From the NCBI GenBank assembly GCA_050248495.1, contig JBFWSG010000004.1, positions 23,686-87,685 of the forward strand: a stretch of 64,000 nt of DNA, in the 5' to 3' direction. Position numbers and translations under genes: made by a program. This document shows positions 61,619 to 64,000 of this stretch, in pieces. Within the stretch, counting starts at the first letter, position 1, and the number at the start of each line of letters is the position of its first letter. Under the pieces are notes generated by a model, which made no database searches, was not told the DNA's origin, and saw only the letters and a program-made list of their open reading frames with translations. Source of the DNA: Pirellulales bacterium. Lineage in GTDB: Bacteria; Planctomycetota; Planctomycetia; Pirellulales; Lacipirellulaceae.

Positions 61619-62890
61619 GTGACGACGAGCGACAAGGCAATTCAATCGGCATACGCCGCCGCCAGAGAGCGCTATGTGGCGCTGGGCGTCGATACGGACG
61701 CAGCCCTCAAGCGGCTCGCCGCCATTCCGATTTCGCTCCACTGCTGGCAGGGCGACGACGTTGCCGGGTTCGAGAACGCCGGCGAAGAGCTCGGCGGCGG
61801 ACTCGCGGTCACCGGCAACTATCCTGGCAAAGCCCGCACGCCCGAGGAGCTCCGCGGCGATCTAGATCAGGCTTTCGCGCTGCTTCCCGGCAAACACCGG
61901 CTCAATCTGCACGCCTTCTACGGCGATTTCGGCGGCCGCCGTGTCGACCGCAACGAGATCCGTCCCGAACATTTTCAAGGCTGGATTGACTGGGCCAGGT
62001 CGCAGCAAGTCGGCATGGACTTCAACCCGACTTTTTTCTCCCACCCCAAAGCCGCCGACGGCTTCACCCTATCGAGTGCGGACAAAGGCATTCGCGAATT
62101 CTGGATCGAGCACGGCATCCTCTGCCGCCAGATCGGCGCTGCCATTGGCAAAGCCCTTGGCACCGCGTGCGTGACCAACGTCTGGATCCCCGACGGCTAC
62201 AAGGATTTACCCATCGACCGCCGCGGTCCGCGCGAGCGGCTCGCCCAATCGCTCGACGCCATCTTCGCCGAGAAGCTCGACCCCAGGCACAATCTCGACG
62301 CCGTCGAAAGTAAACTCTTTGGCATCGGCTCCGAGAGCTACGTCGTCGGCTCGCACGAGTTCTACCTTGGCTACGCGATCAAGCACAAAACGCTCCTCAC
62401 GCTCGACGCCGGCCATTTCCACCCCACCGAAACGATCAGCGACAAACTCTCGGCCGCGTTCTCTTGGCTCGACGAAATTCTGCTCCATGTGAGCCGCGGC
62501 GTCCGCTGGGACAGCGACCACGTCGTGATCCTCACCGACGAGCTCGAAGCCATCGCCCAGGAGCTGGTTCGCGGCGACTACCTCGCCCGCACCCACATCG
62601 GCCTCGACTATTTCGACGCCAGCATCAACCGCGTCGCCGCCTGGGTGATCGGCACCCGCGCGATGCTCAAGGCCCTGTTGCTCGCGCTGGTGGAACCGAC
62701 CGCCAAACTCCGCGATTGCGAACGCGCCGGCGACTTCACCGCCCGCCTGGCCCTCTTGGAAGAAATCAAAACCCTCCCCGCCGGCGCCGTCTGGGACTAC
62801 TACTGCCTGGAGCAAAACGTCCCCGTCGGCCTCGCCTGGCTCGATGTTGTTCGTACGTACGAACGAGAGGTGCAGAGTCGCCGCGGCTAA
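61619..62890 (+). CDS. rhaA: L-rhamnose isomerase
   Basis: It is colinear with E. coli RhaA throughout ([73 protein letters not shown]). Confidence 0.9.
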   Translation: MTTSDKAIQSAYAAARERYVALGVDTDAALKRLAAIPISLHCWQGDDVAGFENAGEELGGGLAVTGNYPGKARTPEELRGDLDQAFALLPGKHRLNLHAFYGDFGGRRVDRNEIRPEHFQGWIDWARSQQVGMDFNPTFFSHPKAADGFTLSSADKGIREFWIEHGILCRQIGAAIGKALGTACVTNVWIPDGYKDLPIDRRGPRERLAQSLDAIFAEKLDPRHNLDAVESKLFGIGSESYVVGSHEFYLGYAIKHKTLLTLDAGHFHPTETISDKLSAAFSWLDEILLHVSRGVRWDSDHVVILTDELEAIAQELVRGDYLARTHIGLDYFDASINRVAAWVIGTRAMLKALLLALVEPTAKLRDCERAGDFTARLALLEEIKTLPAGAVWDYYCLEQNVPVGLAWLDVVRTYEREVQSRRG

Positions 62891-62941
62891 TCAAGGTGCC
62901 GATTTCCGACTATGAGAGAATTGCAGCAGACGCGTCGCAGG

Positions 62942-63415
62942 CTAGTCGCCGTCCCAAACAACCTCGCAATTGGGAAGAGCTGAGCGGACTCTCGAAATTC
63001 CGGCGATAGTGACGTGGGTGCCTTCAACGTGGATGTATTCTAACGTCTTGATCTTGGACAGGATTTCCAGCCCAGTGTCGGTAACGCCTGTATTCGTCAG
63101 GTCAACATTGTCCAGCTTCGACAAGTCATTTAGATGTCGCAGGCCGTCGTCCGAAACCTGTGTGCCTTCTAGGCCAATGACCGTGAGCTCTTCTTGGAAC
63201 GCCTGCAGAAGTCGGAGCGAGTCATCGGAGATCCTTCGTTGACGACACTGGATCCCAAAAACTTGCGATCCACCATGGCGAAGTGACACGTGAGCTCCAA
63301 GTTTTTGGAAGTGCTCAATAGCGCTTTGACGGTCGATCATGGCGCCCCCGGCGGACGTATCCGCGCCACAAAGCAACGGAAAATTTCGGAGCGTGAATTG
63401 TAGCAGATCTTCCAA
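62942..63415 (-). CDS. leucine-rich-repeat protein
   Basis: Repeats such as LxxLxLxxTxVxDxGL occur (LIGLEGTQVSDDGLRHLNDLSKLDNVDLTNTGVTDTGLEIL). Confidence 0.45.
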   Translation of the reverse strand: MEDLLQFTLRNFPLLCGADTSAGGAMIDRQSAIEHFQKLGAHVSLRHGGSQVFGIQCRQRRISDDSLRLLQAFQEELTVIGLEGTQVSDDGLRHLNDLSKLDNVDLTNTGVTDTGLEILSKIKTLEYIHVEGTHVTIAGISRVRSALPNCEVVWDGD

Positions 63416-63479
63416 ATTTGGGCCCGCTCAGCGATTTAAGCCATCCAAGCGGCACGGCGATTGCTCCTCAGCAGCCTGA

Positions 63480-63580
63480 ATTCGACCGTCATTCATTCGG
63501 AGTTTCGCACCAATTGTGGAGTCATGGAATGCCCATAGTCATTCGTGTGAGGTTAGCTGCCATTCGGCTCGCTCATTCGT
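63480..63580. repeat. TCATTCG-family repeat cluster
   Basis: The units are cgtcattcattcgg, tagtcattcgtg, gccattcggc and cgctcattcgttg. The cluster overlaps the 5' part of the track ORF starting at 63418. Confidence 0.45.
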
Positions 63581-63888
63581 TGCGGCTGTCGATTCTCGAA
63601 GAAACCAAGACGTGGGAGATTGGCGTCGACGACGAAGGGCGTGCGGGGATCGTTGCCGGGCCCTTTCGCCTCGTGATCACGCCGCGAGCAGTGCGGCTGT
63701 TCGACGCCCTGCATCTTTATTGCGACGGGGCCGAGATTTGGCTGCCGCTCTGGTGGCGTCTGCGAATGCGAAACGCCGTGCGGCTGGTGCTGGCAGAAAA
63801 CGCGCTCGAAATGCTCGACGTTGAGGAGCCGACCAAGACTTCGAAGTCTGCGCGAGTGGCCCGCCGACGTGAGAAGCAATCGGCATAG
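63529..63888 (+). CDS. hypothetical protein
   Basis: GC3 is biased from MPIVIRV at 63529 onward. The start is uncertain because of the upstream repeat cluster. Confidence 0.35.
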   Translation: MPIVIRVRLAAIRLAHSLRLSILEETKTWEIGVDDEGRAGIVAGPFRLVITPRAVRLFDALHLYCDGAEIWLPLWWRLRMRNAVRLVLAENALEMLDVEEPTKTSKSARVARRREKQSA

Positions 63889-64000
63889 GCCTACGCCGGG
63901 TGGCTGGCGGTCGAGTGACAGCGCGCTCCCGGCTACTTAGCCACACACCGCCGCAAACTTCTCGGCAGCGGCATTCCAGGCGTCGCGTTCGTTCGGCTCG

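Overview
This is a high-GC (about 63-66%) chromosomal segment with Planctomycetota hallmarks, interrupted by one ~6.5-kb lower-GC island of apparently foreign origin. Housekeeping and lineage-typical genes include nadA, prfB (with its +1 frameshift), mnmA, an OYE flavin oxidoreductase, rhaA next to a putative rhamnosidase, a flotillin/NfeD pair, a DUF1080 protein, and the DUF1549/DUF1553 + DUF1501 pair. Accessory loci include three ECF sigma factors (one with its anti-sigma partner), two PQQ beta-propeller proteins in an operon with a receiver-like protein, a PEP-CTERM/dockerin-like protein, an RTX-repeat protein, an MMPL/RND exporter, a YtrA-type GntR + ABC transporter operon with a giant permease, and a cpATP-grasp/alpha-E/transglutaminase cluster. 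The most unusual items are listed below.
- A secreted protein about one-third cysteine, built of tandem ~50-aa repeats.
- A sigma/anti-sigma cassette bracketed by ~95-bp direct repeats derived from the 3' end of the neighbouring receiver gene.
- Several families of small palindromic or heptamer-array repeats in intergenic regions.
- The island at about 19.65-26.1 kb, carrying hicAB, a 40-bp perfect palindrome, an HNH nuclease, an IS1595-like transposase, a small RHH protein and two uncharacterised membrane proteins.
No rRNA, tRNA or CRISPR array could be supported.
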